From positions 1 to 32,049 of the forward strand of contig WOZJ01000042.1 of NCBI GenBank assembly GCA_011620345.1: a DNA stretch of 32,049 bases, in the 5' to 3' direction. The number at the start of each line of letters is the position of its first letter. The stretch's first letter is position 1. Shown here one piece after another: positions 11,373 through 20,494 of the stretch. The notes below the pieces were generated by a model, which saw only the letters and a program-made list of their open reading frames with translations, ran no database searches and was not told the origin of the DNA. Origin of the DNA: Nitrospirota bacterium. Lineage in GTDB: Bacteria; UBA2233. A program made the translations under genes and the position numbers.

Positions 11373-12925
11373 ACGGAACTTTCCCCCCTAGAGGGAAAGT
11401 CTTTTTGGTCGGAGCGGGCCCGGGAGACCCCGGGCTTTTGAGCCTAAAGGGGTTTCAGTGCATCCAAATGGCCGAGGCTATCGTTTACGACGCGCTGATC
11501 TCCTGGGAACTAGAGCGGCTTTTCCCACAAGGGGCAAGGCGGGTGTTCGTAGGAAAGCGGAGCTCGAGGCATACGCTTCCCCAAGAGGAGATCAATCGTT
11601 TGCTTGTTCGCTTGGCAAACGAAGAGGGGCTTCGGGTCGTTCGGCTCAAAGGCGGCGATCCGTTCGTGTTTGGGAGAGGCGGCGAGGAGGCGCTTGCGCT
11701 CAAAGAGGCCGGGGTACCCTTTGAGGTGGTCCCTGGGGTCAGCTCGGCGTTTGCCGTCCCCGCCTACTCTGGGATTCCCGTGACACACCGTAAGGTCGCG
11801 AGCACGGTAGCGATTGTGACGGGCCATGAGGACCCAAGCAAGCCCGCCGGTCACCTCGATTTCCATGCGCTTGCAAGCTTCGATACGATCGTGTTCTTGA
11901 TGGCGCTGCACAGCCTCGAACACAACGTCTGCAGGCTCATCGAAGCGGGCAAGGACGCTTCCGCTCCAGCTGCGCTCATTCAAGCCGGGACGACTCCAAG
12001 GCAGCGTACGCTCCTTGCGCCGTTGGAAGAGATTCCCAGGATTGCCGAGCGTGAGGCGATTGGCGCTCCCACCGTGCTCGTGGTCGGCGAAGTCGCCAGG
12101 CTTCACGAACAGCTGAACTGGTACGAGACGCTTCCATTGTTTGGGAAGCGTATCCTAGTGACAAGGCCCAAGGAGCGCTCGGATACGCTTCTGGCAGGCC
12201 TAGAAGCGCTTGGTGCCGAAGCGGTATCCTTGCCGATGATCGAAACGCGCCCTCTTTTGGATGGAAACGACGCAAGAGCGCTCGCTAGCGAGCTCCACAC
12301 GCTCGATTTGGTAGCCTTCAGTTCTCAAGCCGGCGTGGAGGTTTTTTTCCAGGCCCTTTACGCTATCGGTAAGGATGCACGCGCCCTGGGCAGTACCCTA
12401 GTGGCCGCCGTTGGCGAAAAGACAGCGGAGACGCTCAAGAGTTACGGGGTTCTTCCAGACCTCGTGCCAAAGGAGGCCAACGCCGAAGCGCTCCTTCGAG
12501 AAATCCTGGAGGCCTTTCCTGGGCTTAAGCGCGTGCTTTTGCCAAAGGCCAAGAAGGGGCGCACCCTGCTCGAGGAAGGCTTGAAGTCGAAGGGGATTTC
12601 TGTCGTGACGCTCGATGCCTACGAAACGATTGGAGTAAAGCCATCAAGCGAGGTGCTCGAGGGTTTGGATCTCGAAGGGTTCGATTGGGTGCTTTTTGCC
12701 TCCCCTTCTGCTGTGGCGCAGTTTCTCGAGATCTTCGGCGAGGCGGCCTTGCGCCTCCCGGCAGGGCCAAAGGTTGCCTGCATCGGGCAAACGACGGCCA
12801 TGGCGTTTGAGCCAAGAGGGCTCAGGGTCGATGCGCTGGCCAAGGGAAGTTCGGCAACGGGCTTGATCAAAGCAATGCTAGCGTTTGAACAAAAGGAGGG
12901 GGCATGTTTCCAGAAAGGAGAATGA
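11369..12925 (+). CDS. cobA-hemD: Uroporphyrinogen-III C-methyltransferase / uroporphyrinogen-III synthase fusion (CobA-HemD)
   Basis: N-terminal half: LVGAGPGDPGLL, VRLKGGDPFVFGRGGEE, VPGVSSA, GIPVTHR. Linker WYETLPLFGKRILVTRP. HemD half: FSSQAGV, AVGEKTA, FASPSAV, CIGQTTA. ATG11369 overlaps the hemC stop (ATGA). Confidence 0.93.
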   Translation: MNGTFPPRGKVFLVGAGPGDPGLLSLKGFQCIQMAEAIVYDALISWELERLFPQGARRVFVGKRSSRHTLPQEEINRLLVRLANEEGLRVVRLKGGDPFVFGRGGEEALALKEAGVPFEVVPGVSSAFAVPAYSGIPVTHRKVASTVAIVTGHEDPSKPAGHLDFHALASFDTIVFLMALHSLEHNVCRLIEAGKDASAPAALIQAGTTPRQRTLLAPLEEIPRIAEREAIGAPTVLVVGEVARLHEQLNWYETLPLFGKRILVTRPKERSDTLLAGLEALGAEAVSLPMIETRPLLDGNDARALASELHTLDLVAFSSQAGVEVFFQALYAIGKDARALGSTLVAAVGEKTAETLKSYGVLPDLVPKEANAEALLREILEAFPGLKRVLLPKAKKGRTLLEEGLKSKGISVVTLDAYETIGVKPSSEVLEGLDLEGFDWVLFASPSAVAQFLEIFGEAALRLPAGPKVACIGQTTAMAFEPRGLRVDALAKGSSATGLIKAMLAFEQKEGACFQKGE

Positions 12926-13872
12926 GGAGGCTTCGCCAGAATCCAGCCGTACGAAGCCTCGTTCAGGAATGCAGAATTTCCATGGACAAGCTGGTCCTTC
13001 CAGTTTTTGTCTCGGAGCTGATTGACACGCCTTCGCCTATCCGGGCGATGCCGGGGGTGTTCCAGTGGCCCGTTGCGCGGGTAGGTGAGTTTGCGAAGGA
13101 ATCCTGGCAAAGGGGGCTGAAGGGCATGATGCTTTTTGGGATCCCAAGGCTCAAAGACTCAAAAGGGTCGGAGGCGAGCAACCGAGACGGCGTGGTGTCC
13201 AGGGCCATCAAAGAGGTGAAGGAGAAGACGCCTCAAATGCTCTTGATGGCGGACGTCTGCCTTTGTGAGTACACCGACCACGGCCACTGCGGGCTACTAA
13301 ACGGGTACGAAGTGGACAACGACGCGACGCTGCCCGAGCTCGCCAAGGCAGCGCTTGCCTACGCAAACGCTGGTGCGGACATAATCGCACCGTCCGACAT
13401 GATGGATGGCAGGGTAGAGGCAATCCGGACCGCGTTGGACAGCGAAGGGTTTATCCATACCCCCGTCCTTTCCTATGCCGTAAAGTTTGCTTCGGCCTTT
13501 TACGGACCCTTCAGGGAGGCGGCAAACTCGGCTCCCCAGTTTGGTGACCGTAGAGGTTACCAGATGAACCCAGCGAACGCGAAAGAGGCGCTCTTGGAAG
13601 CCGAGCTCGACATCTCCGAAGGGGCCGATATGCTGCTCGTCAAGCCGGCGCTTCCTTACCTGGACGTCCTTAAGACGATCAAAGAAATGACGCCGCTTCC
13701 CGTAGGGGCCTACCAAGTATCCGGCGAGTATTCCATGATCAAGGCCGCCGCGCTGGCGGGTTACCTAGAAGAAGAGCGTACCGTGTTGGAGAGCCTTTTG
13801 GCCATCACGCGTGCCGGGGCCGATTTTATCCTGACCTATTTCGCTCTGGACGTTCTCGAAGACGTTGGATGA
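12904..13872 (+). CDS. hemB: Porphobilinogen synthase (ALA dehydratase), Zn-binding type
   Basis: RRMRRLR, DVCLCEYTDHGHCG, APSDMMDGRV, FYGPFREA, VKPAL and YQVSGEY. Strong AAGGAGG SD upstream. Confidence 0.97.
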   Translation: MFPERRMRRLRQNPAVRSLVQECRISMDKLVLPVFVSELIDTPSPIRAMPGVFQWPVARVGEFAKESWQRGLKGMMLFGIPRLKDSKGSEASNRDGVVSRAIKEVKEKTPQMLLMADVCLCEYTDHGHCGLLNGYEVDNDATLPELAKAALAYANAGADIIAPSDMMDGRVEAIRTALDSEGFIHTPVLSYAVKFASAFYGPFREAANSAPQFGDRRGYQMNPANAKEALLEAELDISEGADMLLVKPALPYLDVLKTIKEMTPLPVGAYQVSGEYSMIKAAALAGYLEEERTVLESLLAITRAGADFILTYFALDVLEDVG

Positions 13873-16459
13873 TGAAAGAACTTCGTTGAACACGAAACGC
13901 CTGGTCTTGATCGATGGAAGCTCCTACCTCTACAGGGCGTTCTACGCCCTGCCGATGTTTCGTACCCAGCAAGGGTTCCCTACGCAGGCTATCTACGGGT
14001 TTACCGCAATGCTGCTCAAGGTGCGCAAGGAGCTAGAGCCGGATTTCCTCGCCGTTTGCTTCGATCATCCGGCTCCCACGCTGCGAAAGCAGGCCTATGA
14101 ACTTTACAAGGCTACGCGCCCCGGGATGCCGAAGGAGCTCTCCATCCAGGTCCCCAAGGTATTTGACGTCATCCAGGCTTTAGGAATTCCCATGCTGGTC
14201 AAGGAAGGGCTGGAGGCGGATGACTTGATCGCCGGCATTACGGAACGCTTCAAGAGGTTTCCGGGGGTTTGCATTGCCATTGTTTCCCAGGACAAGGACC
14301 TCTTGCAGCTGTTGGATGCAAACGTCTGCCTGCTCGATACGATGCGAAACAAAAAGACCACGCTCGAGAGCTTTAAGGAAGCCTACGGGATCGAGCCAAG
14401 GCTGTTCGGAGACTGCCTTGCCCTCATGGGGGATACAAGCGACAACATTCCAGGTGTTCCGGGAATCGGGGCAAAAGGGGCGCTTGCGCTGATCAAGCGC
14501 TACGGCTCGATAGATGCCCTTCTTGAAAGGCTAGAAGAGCTCCCCTCAAAAAAGCGCGATCAGATCCTTGCGGGGCGCGAATCGCTAGAGCTTTCACGGA
14601 GCCTTGTCCGGCTCCAAACCGACGGGACAAACCAGGTGCGCCTTGAGGACCTTACCCCGAAGCCCCCAAACAATCAGGCGTTGTACGAGCTTTTCCGTGG
14701 ACTCGAATTTCGACGCTTGATCGACGATCTTGGCCTTGCCCCAGAGGGCAAGGCCTGCCCCCATGGAACGATCCAAGCCCAGGAAGTCCTTGGGGAAGTC
14801 CTGGAGTTAGGATTGGGAGCGCCCCTTTTAGAGGTTCTCTATTCCAAGCACCCGCCCTTCGCGTTCGACATCGAAGGGGTGGCGATTGGGGACGCAAGGC
14901 GCGTGGCCCTTTGGGACATGGGAACGCCGCTTGTCAAGTTCTTCGGTTCCGACCCGGTCCGGGTGGAAGGAATCGACCTCAAACCGAAACTCGTTGCCTT
15001 GGCGTCCCGCGGCGTTAAAAACCTTTTCCCAGGGTTTGATTTGGCGCTTGCATCGTACCTGCTAGACCCTAACCGCAGGAACCACGGCTTTGAAGCGCTT
15101 GTGGAGCGCTTTTTGGGTGGGGAGATCCAGCCCCCTCCAAAAGAGAAGCTTTCCGAACGTATCGCGATCGCCGCACGAATCCAGCCTAAGCTCGCGGAAG
15201 CGCTTGAGCTTAGGCCAAGGCTCAAAGCCCTACTGAATGAAGTGGAGCTTCCCTTGGTTGAGGTGTTGGCAAGGATGGAGCTCGTAGGTATTATGGTGGA
15301 CCTTAAGGCGTTGCATGCGCTAAGCGTAAGGTACGTCTCTCAATTGGAAGCCTTGCAAGAACGCGCGCATGTCCTCGCTGGAGAGAGCTTCAATCTAAAC
15401 TCTCCAAAGCAGCTTCAAGCTATTTTGTTCGACAAGCTGGGCCTGCCTAGCTCGAAAAGGACAAAAACAGGATTCTCTACGGACGTGGAGGTGCTCGAAT
15501 CGCTCAAGGGCCAGCATGAGCTGATAGACGTCCTGCTCGATTATCGCATACTTGCCAAGCTCAAAGGGACCTACCTCGACCCTTTGCCAGAGTTGGTAGA
15601 CCCGGAAACCCTAAGGGTCCACTCGAGCTTCAACCAAATGGCGACGGCCACAGGAAGGCTCTCGAGTTCGGAGCCAAACCTTCAAAACCTCCCCGTTAGG
15701 GGGGAGCGTGGCGAGGAGATTCGTAACGTGTTCGTTGCAAAAGAGGGCCACGTATTCGTGGCGTTCGACTATGCCCAGGTCGAGCTCAAGCTGCTAGCCC
15801 ACCTAAGCCAGGATGAGAGGCTTATCCAGGCTTTTTTGGACAACCAAGACATCCATGCCCAGACGGCGAGCCTTGTGTTTGGTGTCCCCAAAGAAAGCGT
15901 CGATTCTGCCCTTCGAAGAAGGGCCAAGGTGATCAACTTTGGCATTCTTTACGGCATGACTCCCTATGGTCTCTCCAAAGAGTTGAGGATTGGCCAAGAG
16001 GAGGCGAAGACATTCATCGAAAATTACTTCGCGGCCTTTCCAAGGGTCAAGGGGTTCTTGGATGGAATTGTGGCACAAGCAGAGCACGACGGGGTTGTCG
16101 AGACGCTGCTCGGGCGTATCCGGCCTACGCCCGGCATCAAGCACGGCTCGGCATCTTTGAGAGAACAGGCCAAGCGTGAGGCGATAAACGCTCCCATCCA
16201 AGGGTCAGCCTCTGATTTGATCAAGAAGGCCATGGTGGACGGCTTCCGATTAATCCAAGATGAGCGGCTAGATGCAGAGCTCGTCCTTCAGATCCACGAC
16301 GAGCTACTTTTTGAGGTCGCCGAAAGAAGCCTTGAAGCATTCGTCCCCAAAGTGCGTCGGGCGATGGAGCACGCGATCGAGCTTTGTGTTCCATTGCAGG
16401 TGGACGTACGATTGGGCAAGGCTTACGGGCGGCTAAAAGACCTCAAGCAAGATATTTAG
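13865..16459 (+). CDS. polA: DNA polymerase I (5'-3' exonuclease + degenerate 3'-5' exonuclease + polymerase)
   Basis: LIDGSSYLYRAFYA, EADDLIA, GDTSDNIPGVPGIG, TGRLSSSEPNLQN; motif A DYAQVEL, motif B RRRAKVINFGILYG, motif C QIHDEL. The start is uncertain (TTG13865 or TTG13886). Confidence 0.96.
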   Translation: MDDERTSLNTKRLVLIDGSSYLYRAFYALPMFRTQQGFPTQAIYGFTAMLLKVRKELEPDFLAVCFDHPAPTLRKQAYELYKATRPGMPKELSIQVPKVFDVIQALGIPMLVKEGLEADDLIAGITERFKRFPGVCIAIVSQDKDLLQLLDANVCLLDTMRNKKTTLESFKEAYGIEPRLFGDCLALMGDTSDNIPGVPGIGAKGALALIKRYGSIDALLERLEELPSKKRDQILAGRESLELSRSLVRLQTDGTNQVRLEDLTPKPPNNQALYELFRGLEFRRLIDDLGLAPEGKACPHGTIQAQEVLGEVLELGLGAPLLEVLYSKHPPFAFDIEGVAIGDARRVALWDMGTPLVKFFGSDPVRVEGIDLKPKLVALASRGVKNLFPGFDLALASYLLDPNRRNHGFEALVERFLGGEIQPPPKEKLSERIAIAARIQPKLAEALELRPRLKALLNEVELPLVEVLARMELVGIMVDLKALHALSVRYVSQLEALQERAHVLAGESFNLNSPKQLQAILFDKLGLPSSKRTKTGFSTDVEVLESLKGQHELIDVLLDYRILAKLKGTYLDPLPELVDPETLRVHSSFNQMATATGRLSSSEPNLQNLPVRGERGEEIRNVFVAKEGHVFVAFDYAQVELKLLAHLSQDERLIQAFLDNQDIHAQTASLVFGVPKESVDSALRRRAKVINFGILYGMTPYGLSKELRIGQEEAKTFIENYFAAFPRVKGFLDGIVAQAEHDGVVETLLGRIRPTPGIKHGSASLREQAKREAINAPIQGSASDLIKKAMVDGFRLIQDERLDAELVLQIHDELLFEVAERSLEAFVPKVRRAMEHAIELCVPLQVDVRLGKAYGRLKDLKQDI

Positions 16460-16526
16460 GCTGAACGCATTTTTTGGACATCGATACCCCCGCGAACGAA
16501 CCTTACATAAAAAGGCCAACGCATCC

Positions 16527-18170
16527 GTGGCAAGAAAGCGAAGCGCGCTGAAAGCGATCGGAGAGGAAGTCCTCTATTTTATCGTACGCACCCTCTTTTG
16601 GGCTGTCCGGTTAGTGCCCTTGCGCGCGCTTCCCTTGCTTGGAGCGATACTCGGCGTTACGGCATTTTGCTTTATTTTTGGGAAGCCAAGACGAATCGCC
16701 TACAAAAACATGCGAGTCGTGTTCGGACCCGACATGGCCTGGTTTGCCAAGCGTGCGCTTCTGTTCCGCTCGTTCGTTCACGCCGCCCAAGGCATTCTCA
16801 TCGCGTGCTTGGCGGATCGCCTGGGTGATCGTATCGAAGGGTTGTTTCATGTCCGTGGTGAGGAGTACCTCCGCCCATTCCTTGAAAAAGGCCAAGGCGT
16901 TGTCCTCTCTAGCATCCACATGGGCGCTTTCATGCTGACCTACAAAAAGCTGTCCAAGCTCGGGTTGGAGGTCTACTACACGGTTCGTAGGCCCAGAAAT
17001 GAGAAAATCGCCGGGCTCTTGATGGGGTTTATGAGCAAAAGCGGGGTTCGGTTTATCCAAGACAAACCCAAACATCGTAGCGCCCTAGAGAACTTAAGGG
17101 CCCTAAAGGAAGGCGGGGCGATTGTACTAATGACGGACATGAAGCACAGCCCGGAAGATGGCGTATGGACGGAGTTCTTCGGGCATAAGGTGCTTAGCTT
17201 TTCAGGCGGAGCGGTCCTTGCCAAAAGGGCGGGGGTACCGATCGTCCCGATGGTTACGTACAAAGAGGGCGGCGCATACACGATCGAGTTCTTTCCTCCG
17301 ATCTTGCCTAAGGCGGACCAAGAGCCCTCCGAACTCGTCCAAGCCTACTCGAGCGTGCTCGAGCAAGAAATTCGCAAGCGGCCCGAGCAGTGGTGGTGGT
17401 TTCATGACAGGTTTAGGGGCGCCATTCCCATCGAGGCCCCTAAGGCTTTCCAAAGACCCTTGTCGTTCTCGACGCGGTTGTTCCTTTACGGTGGGGTTTC
17501 TATTTACAAGCTCTTCTACCGGTCGCTTCGTATCAGGGTCGTGGACGAGTTTGGAAGGCCGTGGGACCTAAGCGAGTTGCCAAGGCCGGCCATCTACGCC
17601 GGTTGGCACAGCGGCCAGGCGGTCATTCCTGGATTCCTGGGCGGGCTTGGTACAAGTTTCCTCGTTTCTAAGAGCAAGGACGGGGAAGTCTTCGCGCGGG
17701 TTATCAAGGCGTTGGGCGGGAAGGCCGTTCGAGGGTCTTTTCAAAGGGACGGCGCCAGGGCGCTTGCAGAACTCATCCGGCTCTTGAAGGCGGGAGGTTC
17801 GACAACGTTATCCCCTGATGCGCCTAGGGGGCCAAGGTGCGTGGCCAAAGAGGGCGTTGCCTATATGTCGCTAAAAACAGGCGCCCCTGTTGTGCCGTTC
17901 GGTATTTATGCCCAAACTAAGGTTGTTCTCAAAAGCTCGTGGGATCAAACATGGATCCCGTTGCCCTTTTCTACGGTCATTATCGTCGTAGGAAGGCCTA
18001 TAGACAAGGAATCGGTTCCCTCCGGCATGCCGGAGGGCTCAAGGGAGAGCCTGCGGGCAAGGATAGAAGCCGAGCTGAACGCCCTTCAAGCGAGAGCGCA
18101 GGAGCTTGCATCTCACCAAAGGCTCTTTTCTAAATCTTGGCGGGGGGTAGGAGGTGTCGAAGGCCCGTAA
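16527..18170 (+). CDS. Two-domain lysophospholipid acyltransferase: LpxL/HtrB-like N-terminal domain fused to a DUF374 (LpxJ-like) domain
   Basis: N-terminal domain: TM anchor, RIAYKNM, GVVLSSIHMG, EFFG, PEQWWWFHDRF. C-terminal domain: AGWH, VSKSKDGE, VRGS, PDAPRGP, SWDQTWIPLPFS. No stop codon between the domains. GTG start. Confidence 0.8.
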   Translation: MARKRSALKAIGEEVLYFIVRTLFWAVRLVPLRALPLLGAILGVTAFCFIFGKPRRIAYKNMRVVFGPDMAWFAKRALLFRSFVHAAQGILIACLADRLGDRIEGLFHVRGEEYLRPFLEKGQGVVLSSIHMGAFMLTYKKLSKLGLEVYYTVRRPRNEKIAGLLMGFMSKSGVRFIQDKPKHRSALENLRALKEGGAIVLMTDMKHSPEDGVWTEFFGHKVLSFSGGAVLAKRAGVPIVPMVTYKEGGAYTIEFFPPILPKADQEPSELVQAYSSVLEQEIRKRPEQWWWFHDRFRGAIPIEAPKAFQRPLSFSTRLFLYGGVSIYKLFYRSLRIRVVDEFGRPWDLSELPRPAIYAGWHSGQAVIPGFLGGLGTSFLVSKSKDGEVFARVIKALGGKAVRGSFQRDGARALAELIRLLKAGGSTTLSPDAPRGPRCVAKEGVAYMSLKTGAPVVPFGIYAQTKVVLKSSWDQTWIPLPFSTVIIVVGRPIDKESVPSGMPEGSRESLRARIEAELNALQARAQELASHQRLFSKSWRGVGGVEGP

Positions 18171-20473
18171 GAGGCTCCAACGGGGAGGGAAGGTTGGCCT
18201 TCCTGGGTGTCTTTGATAGGCTCCGCCGTATCTCCGAACATAACGAAGCGAACCTTGTCGGGTTTCTTGAAGAGACTCGGTGTGATCAGCCCTTTCTTTA
18301 GGGCGTCGCTCGTGAAGTCGACGAAGGTAGGAATTGCAGCGGTAGCCCCCGTCATTCCCCTTCCCATCGTTCGAAAATCGTCAAACCCAACCCAGACGCC
18401 CGCCAAAAAATTTGGCATAAACGCCATGAACCATGCATCTCGGAAGTCGTTTGTCGTTCCGGTTTTCCCCGCAAGTGGAAGACCGAGTACGCCCGCTCGC
18501 GCCCCCGTCCCTCGTCTTACGACGTCTTGCATCATGTTGACGACGATATAGGCGGCATCCTCGGAAACTACCTGGGATGATCCCGGGCTTTTCTCCGTGC
18601 TTATTTCCTTTTGCCCTTTTCTGTCCTTTATTTCCACGATCGAGAACAACTCTGGCCGCTTGCCTAGGTTGGCCAGCGTGGCGTACACGCGGGCCAACTC
18701 TATCGGACGAATCGAGAGGCTTCCTAGCGCGATTGAAAGGTTGGGCTGGATCCGTGTGGCAATACCCATGTTCTTGGCGTAAAGGGCGACCTGCTTTGCC
18801 CCAAACATCCACGTGAGTCTTACGGACGGGACGTTCCTGGAGCGTACGAGCGCTTCCCTTATCGTGATCGGGCCTAAAAAGCGGGCGTCGTAATTCTCTG
18901 GTGTCCAGAGTTCTCCTGGCTTTGCACCGGGAAGGGCTATGGGAGAATCGTCCACCAAAGAGAACGGCTGTAAGCCCTTGTCGATGGCAAGGGTGTATAC
19001 GACAGGCTTGAAGGCGGAGCCTGGCTGTCTCAAGGCTTGCGTAACCCTATTGAAGCGGGTCACTCCGAAGCTAGACCCTCCTTGTATGGCGAGAATCTTT
19101 CCGGTGGATGGCTCGAGCGCGACAAGGCAGCCTTGAAGAAGGGGGATGACCTCCGGCACGAGCTGCGCTTGACTGCTCGAATATTCCAAGGCGACCAAGA
19201 AGAACCCTTCTCCGGGCTTGGGTATCCCAATTTTGCCTTGCTTGAAGGCGTCCCTTAGCTCTTTGGGCCATGATTCCGTATCGAGGACTCGCTCTTTGCC
19301 TTCCACAAGAACGTGCCAACCGTCCTTGGTCTGGGCTATCATTTTGGCAATGACGGTCTCTCCCGGGGAATAGGGGTTAGAGCGATAAATAAAGGCTTCG
19401 TTGTCGTCTCGCTTGGCAAGCCAGAACTTCCAGAACGCCTCTTCGGCATCCGTCGTCCTCCGAATGGACATGGGAGCGGCATACCTGGTGGAAAGCCGAA
19501 CGAGTTGAAGGAACAATGCCTTTTGGGCGGATGCCTGGAGACGCGTGTCGAACGTCGTCGTTATTATATATCCACCCTCCAACACCGCATCCTCGTTTAG
19601 TCGCTTGATGAGCTCTTGGCGTATCATCTCGACACCGTAGGGAACGACGTCCTCATAAGGCTCCCGCCTTGGGTAGATCGCAAGCCTCGTTTGGTAGGCC
19701 TCGCGGGCCTGCTCTTTGGTGACGAACCCTAAGCTTGCCATCTGGCTAAGGACGTAGCGCTGCCTTTCTTTCAGCGCATGGGGAGAAACAAACGGGCTGT
19801 AAAGGTTTGGCGCCTTGGGCATGGATGCCAGGAGCGCGGCTTCGGCCAGCGTTAAGTCTTTGGTGCTCTTGTGGAAGTAAAGCCGGCTTCCCGCTTCAAT
19901 GCCCCAAGCCCAAGACCCAAGCGGAGCCTCGTTCAGGTAAAGCGTAAGGATTTCGTCCTTCGTGAGCTGCTTTTCAATCCTGTAGGCAAGGATAGCCTCC
20001 TTGATCTTGCGCTGTAAGCTTCTTTCTGGGCCGACGACCAAAAGCTTGATGAGCTGCTGGGTGATCGTGCTGCCGCCTTGAATAAAGCTGCCAGACCTCA
20101 AATCGATCAGGGCGGCCCTTAGGATGCTTACAAGGTCAACGCCGGGGTGTTGGTAGAACCTTGCATCCTCTGCGGCAACGAACGACTTCTTGACAAGGTC
20201 GGGGATTTCTTCAGGCTTTAGCGCGTAGCGATGGCCCTTTCTCGAAAACTCCCCGATCCATACCCCGTCTTGGCTGAACACCAAGGAGCCCTGTGGGGGG
20301 TCGTATTCTTTGATTTTTGCCAGGCTTGGCAGCTCTTTTGCATAGCTGATGATCATGACTCCCCCGGCAGCAAGGATCCCGGCAGAGATCCCGACTGCCG
20401 CGATGACCCCTATCAGGAGGAGGCGTTTCCAAGAAATGTGCGAACCTTCCCTTCGAAAGTTTCTTGGGGGCAT
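18113..20473 (-). CDS. mrcA: Class A penicillin-binding protein (PBP1A family transglycosylase/transpeptidase)
   Basis: N-terminal TM. GT51 motifs EDARFYQHPG, GGSTITQQ, RKIKE and KDEILTLYLN. Transpeptidase SxxK (GSAFK), SxN (SRN) and KTG(T). Confidence 0.93.
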   Translation of the reverse strand: MPPRNFRREGSHISWKRLLLIGVIAAVGISAGILAAGGVMIISYAKELPSLAKIKEYDPPQGSLVFSQDGVWIGEFSRKGHRYALKPEEIPDLVKKSFVAAEDARFYQHPGVDLVSILRAALIDLRSGSFIQGGSTITQQLIKLLVVGPERSLQRKIKEAILAYRIEKQLTKDEILTLYLNEAPLGSWAWGIEAGSRLYFHKSTKDLTLAEAALLASMPKAPNLYSPFVSPHALKERQRYVLSQMASLGFVTKEQAREAYQTRLAIYPRREPYEDVVPYGVEMIRQELIKRLNEDAVLEGGYIITTTFDTRLQASAQKALFLQLVRLSTRYAAPMSIRRTTDAEEAFWKFWLAKRDDNEAFIYRSNPYSPGETVIAKMIAQTKDGWHVLVEGKERVLDTESWPKELRDAFKQGKIGIPKPGEGFFLVALEYSSSQAQLVPEVIPLLQGCLVALEPSTGKILAIQGGSSFGVTRFNRVTQALRQPGSAFKPVVYTLAIDKGLQPFSLVDDSPIALPGAKPGELWTPENYDARFLGPITIREALVRSRNVPSVRLTWMFGAKQVALYAKNMGIATRIQPNLSIALGSLSIRPIELARVYATLANLGKRPELFSIVEIKDRKGQKEISTEKSPGSSQVVSEDAAYIVVNMMQDVVRRGTGARAGVLGLPLAGKTGTTNDFRDAWFMAFMPNFLAGVWVGFDDFRTMGRGMTGATAAIPTFVDFTSDALKKGLITPSLFKKPDKVRFVMFGDTAEPIKDTQEGQPSLPVGASYGPSTPPTPRQDLEKSLW

Positions 20474-20494
20474 TGGCTTTCTCTACAATACGTG

